Assembly: GCA_963719945.1 (NCBI GenBank)
Contig: CAVRDX010000004.1
Span: forward strand, 64,001-128,000
Origin: an uncultured Thermoplasmata archaeon
Lineage (GTDB): Archaea > Thermoplasmatota > Thermoplasmata > UBA10834
Direction of reading: 5' to 3'
DNA length: 64,000 nucleotides
Below the pieces are notes generated by a model that saw only the letters and a list, made by a program, of their open reading frames with translations, was not told the origin of the DNA and made no database searches. Below are positions 30,086 through 44,339 of this stretch, in pieces. Numbering within the stretch: the stretch's first letter is position 1; every line of letters starts with the position of its first letter. A program made the translations under genes and the position numbers.

Positions 30086-33000
30086 CTACTGCTGATCCTC
30101 GCTGTTGTCGGATCCGTTGCCATTCTTATCCGAAGTCCCGGCTATGGGGGTCTTGATGATCTTCTTCGGGACCACTTTTCTGTCGATGGGCCTTCTGATG
30201 ACCATCTTCGGTGCGGCGACCTGGGAAGGACCCTGTTCCTGAGCCTTCTCGACCGGCGGGGCAAATTCGCGCGCAGACGATTCTGGCAACGCCTCGCCTG
30301 AGGACGGCGGGGTCGGCGGCTGTTCTCCCGGAGGCAGCTCCTTCTCGGCTCCGAAGACCGTTCCGCACTTGTGACATACGGTCGATTCCTTCGGGTTCAG
30401 TGTGCCACATACTGGGCATGGTATTGGCCCCTCCTTCCGCTTCTCCTCTTCCTTTGCGAGCCAATCTTCGAATGAGATATATGTCGGCTGAGTCACCCAC
30501 CACTCGTCGAACTTCTTGTCGCTGAACTTCTTGCCGAGTTCGGGCTTTGCCAACTCGCGGTACTTCGAGACCATCTCATCGTACTCGCCTCTCATCTTCT
30601 CGAGGTAGTCCTCCTCGCCGATTTCCTCGCCGACGAACTTCACACCGCAGTTGGAGCATTCGGTTGATTCTGCAGGCACCCATGCTCCGCATTCAGAGCA
30701 CTTCATCGTGCCTACTTCGAACTCGACTCCACACTTCGGACATCTCTTATTCGCAGCTGGGATGAAGGCACCGCATTCTCCGCACTCCACCAGTTTGCCG
30801 AGGCCACGGAAGTAGATATAGGCAGTGACTCCAAGAACGGAACCGACGATCACACCGATTATCGCGAGCCAGACCCACAACGCAATGCCGCGTCCCGCGA
30901 CTACGCCATCGACGGCAATCGTAGTCGCGAAGTCAGGCTGCTCCTCCTCTAACACTACTGGGACCAGCGTGTATTGACCGGTCTCGAGGTTAGCCAAGAG
31001 AGCCACTTGGAACGATGCCCTGCCTGAAGGGGATGTCGAAATCGCATCAGCGCGCGAGAGAACATCACCATCGGGACTCACGAGGTTCACGGACACGCCT
31101 GGCAGCCCAGATACAGCTATCTCGTCATTGATATTCTCTGGCTCAGTCGCACCGTAGTAGATATTCACGTGTACGAGAGCGCTTTCGCCCGCTTTGTACT
31201 CGCCCGTGTCCGAGTCCACTATCATTATTATGTGATATACGAGATCCACGATTTCGAAATCAATCGATGCTTCGTTGTTCGTCTCGTTCTTCTCATTCGA
31301 TTGGTTGTTGTCGTAGTCTACGAATACGAATATGGAATATGTCCCACTAACCGTCAGATTTATCGTATACTCCATTGAGACTTCTACCCACATCTGTGGG
31401 AGTATATGCTCCACCGAAATGCCAATCTCATATTCCAATGTCCCGAATACAATGGAGAATCTGATGCTGACATCGCCCGGGTTTGTCCCGCCAATGTTGT
31501 GGACGTTTGCCGTAATCGTGACCGTTCTCCCAAATTCGTGGGGATTCGAACCATCGTCCACTGAGATATCATCCGCATCGACTTTGAAGTCTGCACGGAC
31601 ATCAAGTACGGTAATCGTGGCAGTTTCGATGTTGTTTGTCAGATCCGTCTCAATCACTGTTTCAGATGGATTGGCTTCCATGGTGAAAGTGAACTCAGTG
31701 TCGTTCGTCACAAAGGGTGCGGAATATGCAAACTCAACCGCGAATTGAGATTCTTCATATAGAATCCCATACAGTGTCATGTTGAAAATTTCGCTCTCTG
31801 AATCGCTGTATTCCACGGTCAATGATACTACCGGGTTCGAGACAGGGGCCTCACCATTGTTGTACAGCACTGAACGAACATACAATATCTGACCACCAGG
31901 TACGCTTGACACGTCGGCAGGTGGGTCGCCGGCCATGAATCCTATCGCATCTAGCGATAGGTCAGCATAGCCCAAAACTCTGATCTCAACTGAGTCCTGG
32001 TTGTTGGCGAATGACAGCTCATCGAAATCCGGTGTTCCGCCGAGACCGCCGTTGACTACTACCCATATTGTGAAGATCCCGATGCTGTTCGGGATCCAAC
32101 CAACATCAACGGTTACCTGGCTGTTCGGTGTTAGAGTCGAAATCATAGTAGAATTCAGAAGGGTTGCCGTCGCCACATCTGTACCTAGCAAGAACTCAAC
32201 TAGAGCATCTTCTGCAATGGCATCACCGGTGTTCTCGATCACCGCGAAGATTGTGCATGAAGCATTGTACACGACATACGATGGCTCAGTCCAGATATAA
32301 CCAGTCATTACGCTGAGATCTGGGAGTATGACAGTGGACATCCTCAGCACTGCGAAGGTAGCATTCTCCGTCAGGGGCTCGGTGTATGGCTTGACACCGA
32401 TAGATATCGTCTCATCCGAGAAATGCAGGACTCCGTTACTCAAGTAAGTAGAGTTGATCTTGTAGTTGCCGATGAAGGTTGAGCCATCCGATGTCATTAT
32501 TGTTCCCAGGGAATTGATCCTTGCTATTCCAGATTCATTGCTGACTGCGCTCGACCAGTATGTATTGTTCACGAAGAACCATGCCGAGACGGTCGCTCCA
32601 GACAGCGCGTTGCTTCCGCCATCCAGAACAGTCACGTGAATCCATCTGTAGATCAATGCTTCTGCGTCTTCCGTTACTACTATTGATGGAACGCTGGAGT
32701 TCGTAAATTCTCCCAGTGCATGACCAGATAGTACTGGTGCCTGCAGAAGTGTGGAATCAACGACTACGATTCTGGCTGATGAATCCCATGAAGTAGTTAT
32801 CGTACCATCGAAGACCGTGTCTCTGAGAACCACGAGTGCATCATCCATCGCGACTATGTTGACACCGTTCAGAGTTGACCCTGTTACTTCGAGCGTCCCC
32901 TCACCCTTCACTATGAGGTCAATCGCGAGTTCGCTGTTGACCATAGAGTCCTCGATCACCAGGTTTGCTGTTCCATCTACATAGACGGTTCGCTCGTTCG

Positions 33001-34882
33001 CTGTTGATTGGACCAATTCAAAGACCGCATTCCTCAATGTGAGAGTCCCATCAGATGCCACGATGACATCGCCAGCATGATAGTAGCTCATATTCTCGAT
33101 GGTTAGATCTGGCGGAACCACCAGCCACTTGGATGGATCTGGGCTCTCCGCAGATATACCTTGGATATCTACCGTAATATCAAACTGCTGATCTGCAGAA
33201 GTCATTGCGGGATAGGCCGGGAACGAAAAGGTCTCTGTGGAAGTATGTGGCAGCGTATCAATAATAATACTGCCATTAATTGCATATGATCCTACAAAGA
33301 CTGAGTTGCCTGACCCACTACTTGTTATCATATCTGTGAGATAGGGGACTAATGCTAATCCACCAGTCTTTGTCACAAGGTAGCTCTCTGAAGTTTCACC
33401 CATGTAGTTCAGAACCTCGATGGGAGGAGTCTCGCTCAATCCATCCTCAGTGAAGTACAGGGCGGTTTCTCCCTCGAGCTCAGTGGTACCTGTGAATGTG
33501 GCACTGATAGTTGCGCCTGGGATCGGCACACCATATTCATCTCCAATTGTGACGCTCAACCATCGATAGATGTATGCGTCTCCTCCAACTGTGAACATCA
33601 ACCAGAGTCTGTCAAACTCCACCGAACCTGTCCCAGCAGCACCATTGTTAATAAATCGAATATCGGTGTCCAGTACGTCTCCAACTGTGGGAAGAGATGT
33701 TATTGGGAGTTCGTAGTACCATGTTCCAGATGGATTGGACAAAGAAGGTGTGATCCCAGTAGAAGCATAGCTTCCACCATCGGGAGCCCATTGGATTGAA
33801 TTGGTGCCTACGTATGTCGGTGAGACAGAATAACTTGCGACCAGAGTGATAGAACTCACTTCTAATGAAGCGCTCATCGGGGTTGTATCCCAAGTATCCA
33901 TAGCAAGGGTTTCCTGGGCTTCCACTTCATATGTCGAACCATCGAGGGTCGCTAGATTTGCGATATTCTGACCAGTAGTATCTGCCACACCTTTAGTCAA
34001 GGGACTTGCAGGTGCCGTATTTTCACCATCGGATGCAATGGCAGTCGAACGTGACGCATATGATCCAGAATATTCATCGAAGGTACAGCCATAGAGATAT
34101 GCATGCGACTTTTCGCTCAAGACTATCATATTATGAGAGGCCAAATCGGCTACGGTAAGATTGGGGTTGAAGTCAACGCTGATGTAGCTGTTGACTGCCA
34201 ACAGGGTCGATTCTCCACTCAGTGTGAGGTTGCTGGCGGCAAGACCTAGGGAAGGATATTCGGGAAGATTCGTGATCTCGGAGTCGAACATCATCATTGA
34301 ACCGTCAATGACTGAGATCGCCGCCCCGTCATCGGCGGAATCGATCGCGATAGTCGGAGATCCTGAGAGATACAGGGATATATCCTCTGCAGGTAGCGGC
34401 TCGATGGTACTGTCATATAGTATGAGCTCGCCACCGTTCTGTACCGTGATCGTGCCTGGGAAACTGAAAAGCGACTTCTCCGAAGCTACGAGAGTTCCTC
34501 CATCGATGTTTACATCTAGGAACGGCCACGGATCGATCTGGTCCAGGTAGGTGGTGAGTGTGCCATGATCAAGAGTCATGGTTCCACCAGTAGTGACTGT
34601 TACCGTACGTTGAACACCCGAGTTGCTGATCACCAGCAAAGCAGCGTTCCTTATAATCAGCTCCCCACCACTGACGAGAACATCACCATCTACAGGCTGG
34701 TTGACATTCTCGACTGTGTATGTGCCGGCAGTTACAATCAGGTCACCGATTGGTGTCTGTGCAGCGGTAGGCGAGGGATTCGACATTACGAATAACCCCG
34801 CGAAGGCCGACAGCACGAATGTGGCGACAATCAATGCGCTCAGAGATTTGTTGGCCTGAAGAGGGCCAGCTCTGTGTTCCAT
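30086..34882 (-). CDS. very large membrane-anchored surface protein (beta-helix-like and CARDB/Ig repeats) with cytoplasmic zinc ribbons
   Basis: Signal peptide; E..E.NN CARDB-type motifs; TM helix LWVWLAII…; six CxxC motifs (three ribbons) after the TM helix. Confidence 0.85.
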   Translation of the reverse strand: MEHRAGPLQANKSLSALIVATFVLSAFAGLFVMSNPSPTAAQTPIGDLIVTAGTYTVENVNQPVDGDVLVSGGELIIRNAALLVISNSGVQRTVTVTTGGTMTLDHGTLTTYLDQIDPWPFLDVNIDGGTLVASEKSLFSFPGTITVQNGGELILYDSTIEPLPAEDISLYLSGSPTIAIDSADDGAAISVIDGSMMMFDSEITNLPEYPSLGLAASNLTLSGESTLLAVNSYISVDFNPNLTVADLASHNMIVLSEKSHAYLYGCTFDEYSGSYASRSTAIASDGENTAPASPLTKGVADTTGQNIANLATLDGSTYEVEAQETLAMDTWDTTPMSASLEVSSITLVASYSVSPTYVGTNSIQWAPDGGSYASTGITPSLSNPSGTWYYELPITSLPTVGDVLDTDIRFINNGAAGTGSVEFDRLWLMFTVGGDAYIYRWLSVTIGDEYGVPIPGATISATFTGTTELEGETALYFTEDGLSETPPIEVLNYMGETSESYLVTKTGGLALVPYLTDMITSSGSGNSVFVGSYAINGSIIIDTLPHTSTETFSFPAYPAMTSADQQFDITVDIQGISAESPDPSKWLVVPPDLTIENMSYYHAGDVIVASDGTLTLRNAVFELVQSTANERTVYVDGTANLVIEDSMVNSELAIDLIVKGEGTLEVTGSTLNGVNIVAMDDALVVLRDTVFDGTITTSWDSSARIVVVDSTLLQAPVLSGHALGEFTNSSVPSIVVTEDAEALIYRWIHVTVLDGGSNALSGATVSAWFFVNNTYWSSAVSNESGIARINSLGTIMTSDGSTFIGNYKINSTYLSNGVLHFSDETISIGVKPYTEPLTENATFAVLRMSTVILPDLSVMTGYIWTEPSYVVYNASCTIFAVIENTGDAIAEDALVEFLLGTDVATATLLNSTMISTLTPNSQVTVDVGWIPNSIGIFTIWVVVNGGLGGTPDFDELSFANNQDSVEIRVLGYADLSLDAIGFMAGDPPADVSSVPGGQILYVRSVLYNNGEAPVSNPVVSLTVEYSDSESEIFNMTLYGILYEESQFAVEFAYSAPFVTNDTEFTFTMEANPSETVIETDLTNNIETATITVLDVRADFKVDADDISVDDGSNPHEFGRTVTITANVHNIGGTNPGDVSIRFSIVFGTLEYEIGISVEHILPQMWVEVSMEYTINLTVSGTYSIFVFVDYDNNQSNEKNETNNEASIDFEIVDLVYHIIMIVDSDTGEYKAGESALVHVNIYYGATEPENINDEIAVSGLPGVSVNLVSPDGDVLSRADAISTSPSGRASFQVALLANLETGQYTLVPVVLEEEQPDFATTIAVDGVVAGRGIALWVWLAIIGVIVGSVLGVTAYIYFRGLGKLVECGECGAFIPAANKRCPKCGVEFEVGTMKCSECGAWVPAESTECSNCGVKFVGEEIGEEDYLEKMRGEYDEMVSKYRELAKPELGKKFSDKKFDEWWVTQPTYISFEDWLAKEEEKRKEGPIPCPVCGTLNPKESTVCHKCGTVFGAEKELPPGEQPPTPPSSGEALPESSAREFAPPVEKAQEQGPSQVAAPKMVIRRPIDRKVVPKKIIKTPIAGTSDKNGNGSDNSEDQQ

Positions 34883-34992
34883 AAGTTCACCCACCCAGAT
34901 GCTGGGTATTGCGAATCAAAGTAAGCAGTTCGGCTATATAAAAAGCTATTTGCCATATTTTCATGGCAAAGAAGGGTTCGAGGAGGTGCTGG

Positions 34993-36003
34993 CTAAGCCA
35001 CCTTTTTCTTTACGATCTTCTTGACGAAGACCTGTGGCTTCCTTGGTTCCTCGATGGCCTTCACTTCATCGGAGCTGTCCCCTCCATCCGATTCTGGCTG
35101 TGTCTCCCTCAAATCGGAGCCACATGCGTAACACATTATCGCATCCTTGCTGACCATCGTCTTGCACTTGGGACAGGACACCTCATCCTCCTCGGATGAT
35201 CCGGCATCGTCCTCTTGGCCAGATGACTCTTCAGAGATCTCCTCGGGCTCGACATCTCTCAACTGGTGACCACAGGAATAGCACATTATCGCATCCTTGC
35301 TTATGACAGTCTTGCACTGGGGACACTCTATCTCGTCGTCGCCCAGATCAGGCTTGGCCGTTTCCATGACATCGGACTTCTCCATAGGGGTGCTCTCGAT
35401 CACTTCTGTCTGCCTGCTGAGGAGTTTCTTTGCATCTTCCGAGAGTCTCTCGCGATCATTCCGGACAGATTCCTCTTCTGCTGCCAGGGAACGCTCACGG
35501 GCTATGAGTGCATCACGCCTCGATGCCACCTGCTCCATCAGCCTCTGGAGTTCCTCCTCGGACTTCTTCATCTGATCTTCCCGGTCGAGGAGTGCTTTGC
35601 GTTTTTGCGTCGCCTCGGACTGGGCGCGCGACGACTCCACCAACGAGGTTTCGGCTTCCCGCTCCCTCGCCTCCGCGCTCGTGAGTGCGGTCTTCGACCG
35701 TTCCTCGAGTTTTAGGACCTCAGCATTCTTCGCATCCACCTGAACGGCCTTGGCCTGGACGGACTCCTCGCGGGCTGTGATCTCCGCATCCTTGTTCTCG
35801 AGGGACGATTCCTTTTCTCTCAAGGAGTCCTCCTTCTCGCGGATCCTCTGCTCGCTGGACTCCAGCTCAGCCTTCATCTTCTGAAGCTCTGACTTCTGGG
35901 CCTGAATATCCTGGTCTTTCTTGCGGACCTCGGCCTCCTGGGTCCTCAAGCTCTTGACTGCGTCTTCAATTATCTGCGAAATGCTCTGGTCTTCTGTCAT
36001 CAT
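34993..36003 (-). CDS. coiled-coil protein with two tandem zinc ribbons
   Basis: About 190 aa of heptad repeats; CPxCKTxxSKDAIMCYxCG occurs twice. Confidence 0.8.
   Translation of the reverse strand: MMTEDQSISQIIEDAVKSLRTQEAEVRKKDQDIQAQKSELQKMKAELESSEQRIREKEDSLREKESSLENKDAEITAREESVQAKAVQVDAKNAEVLKLEERSKTALTSAEAREREAETSLVESSRAQSEATQKRKALLDREDQMKKSEEELQRLMEQVASRRDALIARERSLAAEEESVRNDRERLSEDAKKLLSRQTEVIESTPMEKSDVMETAKPDLGDDEIECPQCKTVISKDAIMCYSCGHQLRDVEPEEISEESSGQEDDAGSSEEDEVSCPKCKTMVSKDAIMCYACGSDLRETQPESDGGDSSDEVKAIEEPRKPQVFVKKIVKKKVA
35132..35326. repeat. intragenic direct repeat (duplicated zinc ribbon)
   Basis: CACATTATCGCATCCTTGCT is identical at 35132-35151 and 35282-35301; similarity extends about 45 bp. 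Confidence 0.8.
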
Positions 36004-36119
36004 CGATCCCTTTCCCTGTCGGCAAGGTCATTCGTGATCCGCGCCAAATCCCAGGGGGATGGAAGGCGCACGTTCGTAGGGTTTCACGCAACACGAGCCA
36101 CATCGACCGTGTCGCATCG

Positions 36120-36833
36120 TCAAGTGCTGAGCAACGGACCCAGCACCTGCATTCCGGATTTGTTGACTTCGATGGCGTGTTTCTCCATGCTGTGCTCCGC
36201 AGCTCTCATCTTCTCGACCTGCAGGTATCTCACCAGCTTACCCCTCTGGCGGTCAAGGCCCAGCATCACGATGCCGTCTGCGAGAAAGCCTTCGTTTCCG
36301 AGAAGCTGCGATTCACCAGTCAACGACCGTTCCATGATTATGAATGAAGTGAGGTTGTTGTCTCTGAGCATCTTGAAGAAGTAGAACATCTTCTTCCTCA
36401 TGTCCTCAGCGTTCTCCATCAGGGAGTAGAGCGCGCCTAACGAATCGAGGACGAATATCGAGAACTTGTCTCCGTGAGTCCTCCTGAAACGCTGTATCAT
36501 CTTCTCTATGAAGAGTACATAATCCGTCTGTGCCGAATCGCCGATGACCTCATCGATCTGATCGATCTCCCTGAGGTCAGTCATATCCGATATCTGCATC
36601 TTTGCGGAGAGTTTCACGCCCATGCTCTCCATGTTCTTCAGGTGACTGTCGACCGTCTCTTCGAGGGTGGCGTATAGGCCGAACTCGTTCTTGTCCCTCA
36701 GGTAGTGCGACATCAGGGAATAGCAGAAGCTCGTCTTCATCGATCCCGGGGGACCCGTGACGAGTATGACTTTGGGTCTCTCGATGTCGTTCTTGAAAAC
36801 CTTTTCCAAACCTGGTATCGAGTCTCTAAACAA
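36120..36833 (-). CDS. single-domain KaiC/RAD55-like ATPase
   Basis: IPGLE, GPPGSMKT, TLEE, VLDSL, FLADG, VEKMR. Confidence 0.88.
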   Translation of the reverse strand: MFRDSIPGLEKVFKNDIERPKVILVTGPPGSMKTSFCYSLMSHYLRDKNEFGLYATLEETVDSHLKNMESMGVKLSAKMQISDMTDLREIDQIDEVIGDSAQTDYVLFIEKMIQRFRRTHGDKFSIFVLDSLGALYSLMENAEDMRKKMFYFFKMLRDNNLTSFIIMERSLTGESQLLGNEGFLADGIVMLGLDRQRGKLVRYLQVEKMRAAEHSMEKHAIEVNKSGMQVLGPLLST

Positions 36834-36960
36834 AGTGCAGCCCTCCTTGTTCGGGCGAGTCGGACTCCTCTGCGGATTTCAATAGATTGTCTACTAATAA
36901 AGGTTTGCGGGTCGTTATCAGGAGTGAGACGCTGGCCAGATGGTTGAAAAACACACCTGG

Positions 36961-39543
<2,583 letters not shown>

Positions 39544-39553
39544 GAGTGATCAC

Positions 39554-41906
<2,353 letters not shown>

Positions 41907-43131
41907 TTGCGGAGCGGAAGGAATCGAGCCAGACAAGTTGATCAGATTGTTCGAAAATGGGAGAGTTGTAATCCCATCCAACCCTAAACACAAGAACCTC
42001 CGGCCAAGAGCCATCGGTGAAGGGTTGACTGTCAAGGTCAACGCGAACATAGGCACCTCAAAGGACAGGATCAACCTGTCCGAGGAGCTGGAGAAGGTTA
42101 GAATTGCCCTACAATATGGTGCTGATGCGGTCATGGATCTCAGCACTGGAGGAGACCTTCACGAGATAAGGAAGAAGGTGATCGGCGAGTGCGACGCCCC
42201 AGTGGGGACCGTCCCCATCTACGAAGCAGTATGTAGGACATCGAAATCTGGTGGACCGATGTCGATGACCAGCGACGACCTTTTCAAAACCATCGAGAAG
42301 CAAGCTAAAGATGGTGTCGATTTCATGACCGTGCACTGTGGCATAACCAAAGAGACTGTGTCCACATTGAGAAGCCATAAAAGGCTGACAGGTGTCGTAT
42401 CCAGAGGAGGAGCGATCCTGGTCGCATGGATGCACGAGAATTGCAGGGAGAATCCCCTCTACGAGGAATACGATTACCTTCTAGAGATGGCCAGAGAACA
42501 TGGCTTCGCGCTGAGCCTGGGGGATGGCCTGAGACCGGGATCGACCGCCGATGCCACGGATGGACCGCAACTCCATGAACTGATCGTCCTCGGGAAACTC
42601 GTCGAGAGAGCACGAGCAGCTGGCGTCCAGGCCATGGTCGAAGGACCTGGACATGTGCCGCTGAACCAGATAGAGGCGAACGTGAAGGCGGAGAAGACCA
42701 TCTGCAAGGGGGCACCATTCTATGTCCTTGGCCCGATCGTTTGCGATGTGGCAGCAGGATATGACCATATCGCGGGAGCAATCGGAGGGGCTTTGGCTGC
42801 CTACCACGGTGCAGATTTCCTCTGTTATGTCACTCCATCGGAACACCTTTCACTGCCGACCGTCGACGATGTAAGAGAAGGGGTCATCGCGAGCAAGATA
42901 GCAGCTCATTCGGCCGATCTCGCGAGAGGTAGAGGCGGTGACAGGGACCAGAGAATGTCTCGCGCCAGAAAGGCTTTTGATTGGGACACCATGTTCGAAC
43001 TGTCGTTCAATCCCGAGAAGGCGAAGGCCTACAGGGACCGATGCAAGTCGAAGAGCCCAGATGTCTGTTCGATGTGCGGAGACCTCTGCGCAATGAGGAT
43101 GGTGGACAGACTCCTCGACGAATGACGGCCG

Positions 43132-44040
43132 TCAGAAATTTATCCCTATCGGCAATCGCATGAAGGAGCCGACGATGAGTGCCACTATTCCTGCAGCGAC
43201 GCCTGCGAGGATGGCGCACAGGGCTGCGGAACCCGTCGATATGTCGTTCGCTATTCCGATCGCCTTGCTCACGATACGAAGGAGCCATGCCAGACCAGCA
43301 AGGATCATGACCAGGAATATCGCACCGAACACCATGGCTTGTTGAATCTCGTCATCGGCCCAATTCTCGACTCCTGCGAGGTCCAGACCCACAAACCCGT
43401 AGTCGAAGATGGATAGAAGGATTATCGAAAGGACCACGAACCATGGATAGCAATGTGCGACCAGGGTCAAGGTCGATCCTTTGTCTCCCCGCCCGCCGAA
43501 GATCTCGTGGGACAGCAGCGCAGCCACGACTCCGAATATGAGGAACGATAACAGGGTGACGATCCATCCCACGACCCCCTGCAAAGCGATGCCCACTGCA
43601 TCCTTTGAAGTGTACCCGACCACTTCTGCCATATCGTGCGTGATGAACACGCTGAACATCGTGGAGATCACGCTGAACGCCAGGACTATCGCGATTGCAT
43701 GCCTCAGATCGGTGGACAGATACAGATTCATCAGGGACTTGGTCGGGCGGATCGATGTCAGGACCATGTTCCGAAGGTCGAACCTTGGAGCGTGTCTGGG
43801 TTGAATGTAGAGGCCAGGATAGTGACTCCTGGTCGTCTGACCACCCCCGAGTTCGATAACCTCGTCGGGACTGGACGGCGGCGCAATCCCAGCTGCGATC
43901 TCGCGGACAACAGGGCTGCCGCAGTTCGGGCAGACGAACGTTGCTTTCCCATCGCCCTGGACCTGCAAGTAGTCTGAGATGGAGGTGCCGCAGGCCGAAC
44001 ACTTGGAATCTGGCATGAACACGACGGATTTGCCCGACAT
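43132..44040 (-). CDS. Yip1-like membrane protein with N-terminal zinc ribbon
   Basis: CSAC…CPNC followed by about 5 TM segments with a FGGRG loop. Confidence 0.7.
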   Translation of the reverse strand: MSGKSVVFMPDSKCSACGTSISDYLQVQGDGKATFVCPNCGSPVVREIAAGIAPPSSPDEVIELGGGQTTRSHYPGLYIQPRHAPRFDLRNMVLTSIRPTKSLMNLYLSTDLRHAIAIVLAFSVISTMFSVFITHDMAEVVGYTSKDAVGIALQGVVGWIVTLLSFLIFGVVAALLSHEIFGGRGDKGSTLTLVAHCYPWFVVLSIILLSIFDYGFVGLDLAGVENWADDEIQQAMVFGAIFLVMILAGLAWLLRIVSKAIGIANDISTGSAALCAILAGVAAGIVALIVGSFMRLPIGINF

Positions 44041-44100
44041 CAAGAAGCCGATTGACTCGTTGGCATATTAGAGTTGTCACTCGGACAACGAGGATGGATA

Positions 44101-44204
44101 TGGAGCCACTGGAGGGTCTCGAACCCCCGGCCTGCAGTTTACGAAACTGCCGCTCTCTAGCGGCACCTGCATGGTCGCAGGCGCAACCGCTGAGCTACAG
44201 TGGC
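44101..44204 (-). tRNA. tRNA-Thr(CGT) with a 29-nt D-loop intron (44157-44185), CCA encoded
   Basis: Acceptor GCCACTG/CAGTGGC; anticodon arm GCAGT-TTCGTAA-ACTGC; perfect BHB around the intron. Confidence 0.93.
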
Positions 44205-44339
44205 AGACGGAATGTTGGGAAGATTGTCTCTGTAGTTAAGCCTTTTGACTTGGAAACAGCAGCATCGGTCAACACCAGCGCCTGGGGCAAGCAACAAGGG
44301 TTAATAGGTTTCGATAGTATTCACAGCACGGACCCAGAT

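Noticed and set aside
44052-44339. N-terminal extension of the 809-aa ORF
   Set aside because: It reads through the antisense of tRNA-Thr; the real start is ATG 44340.
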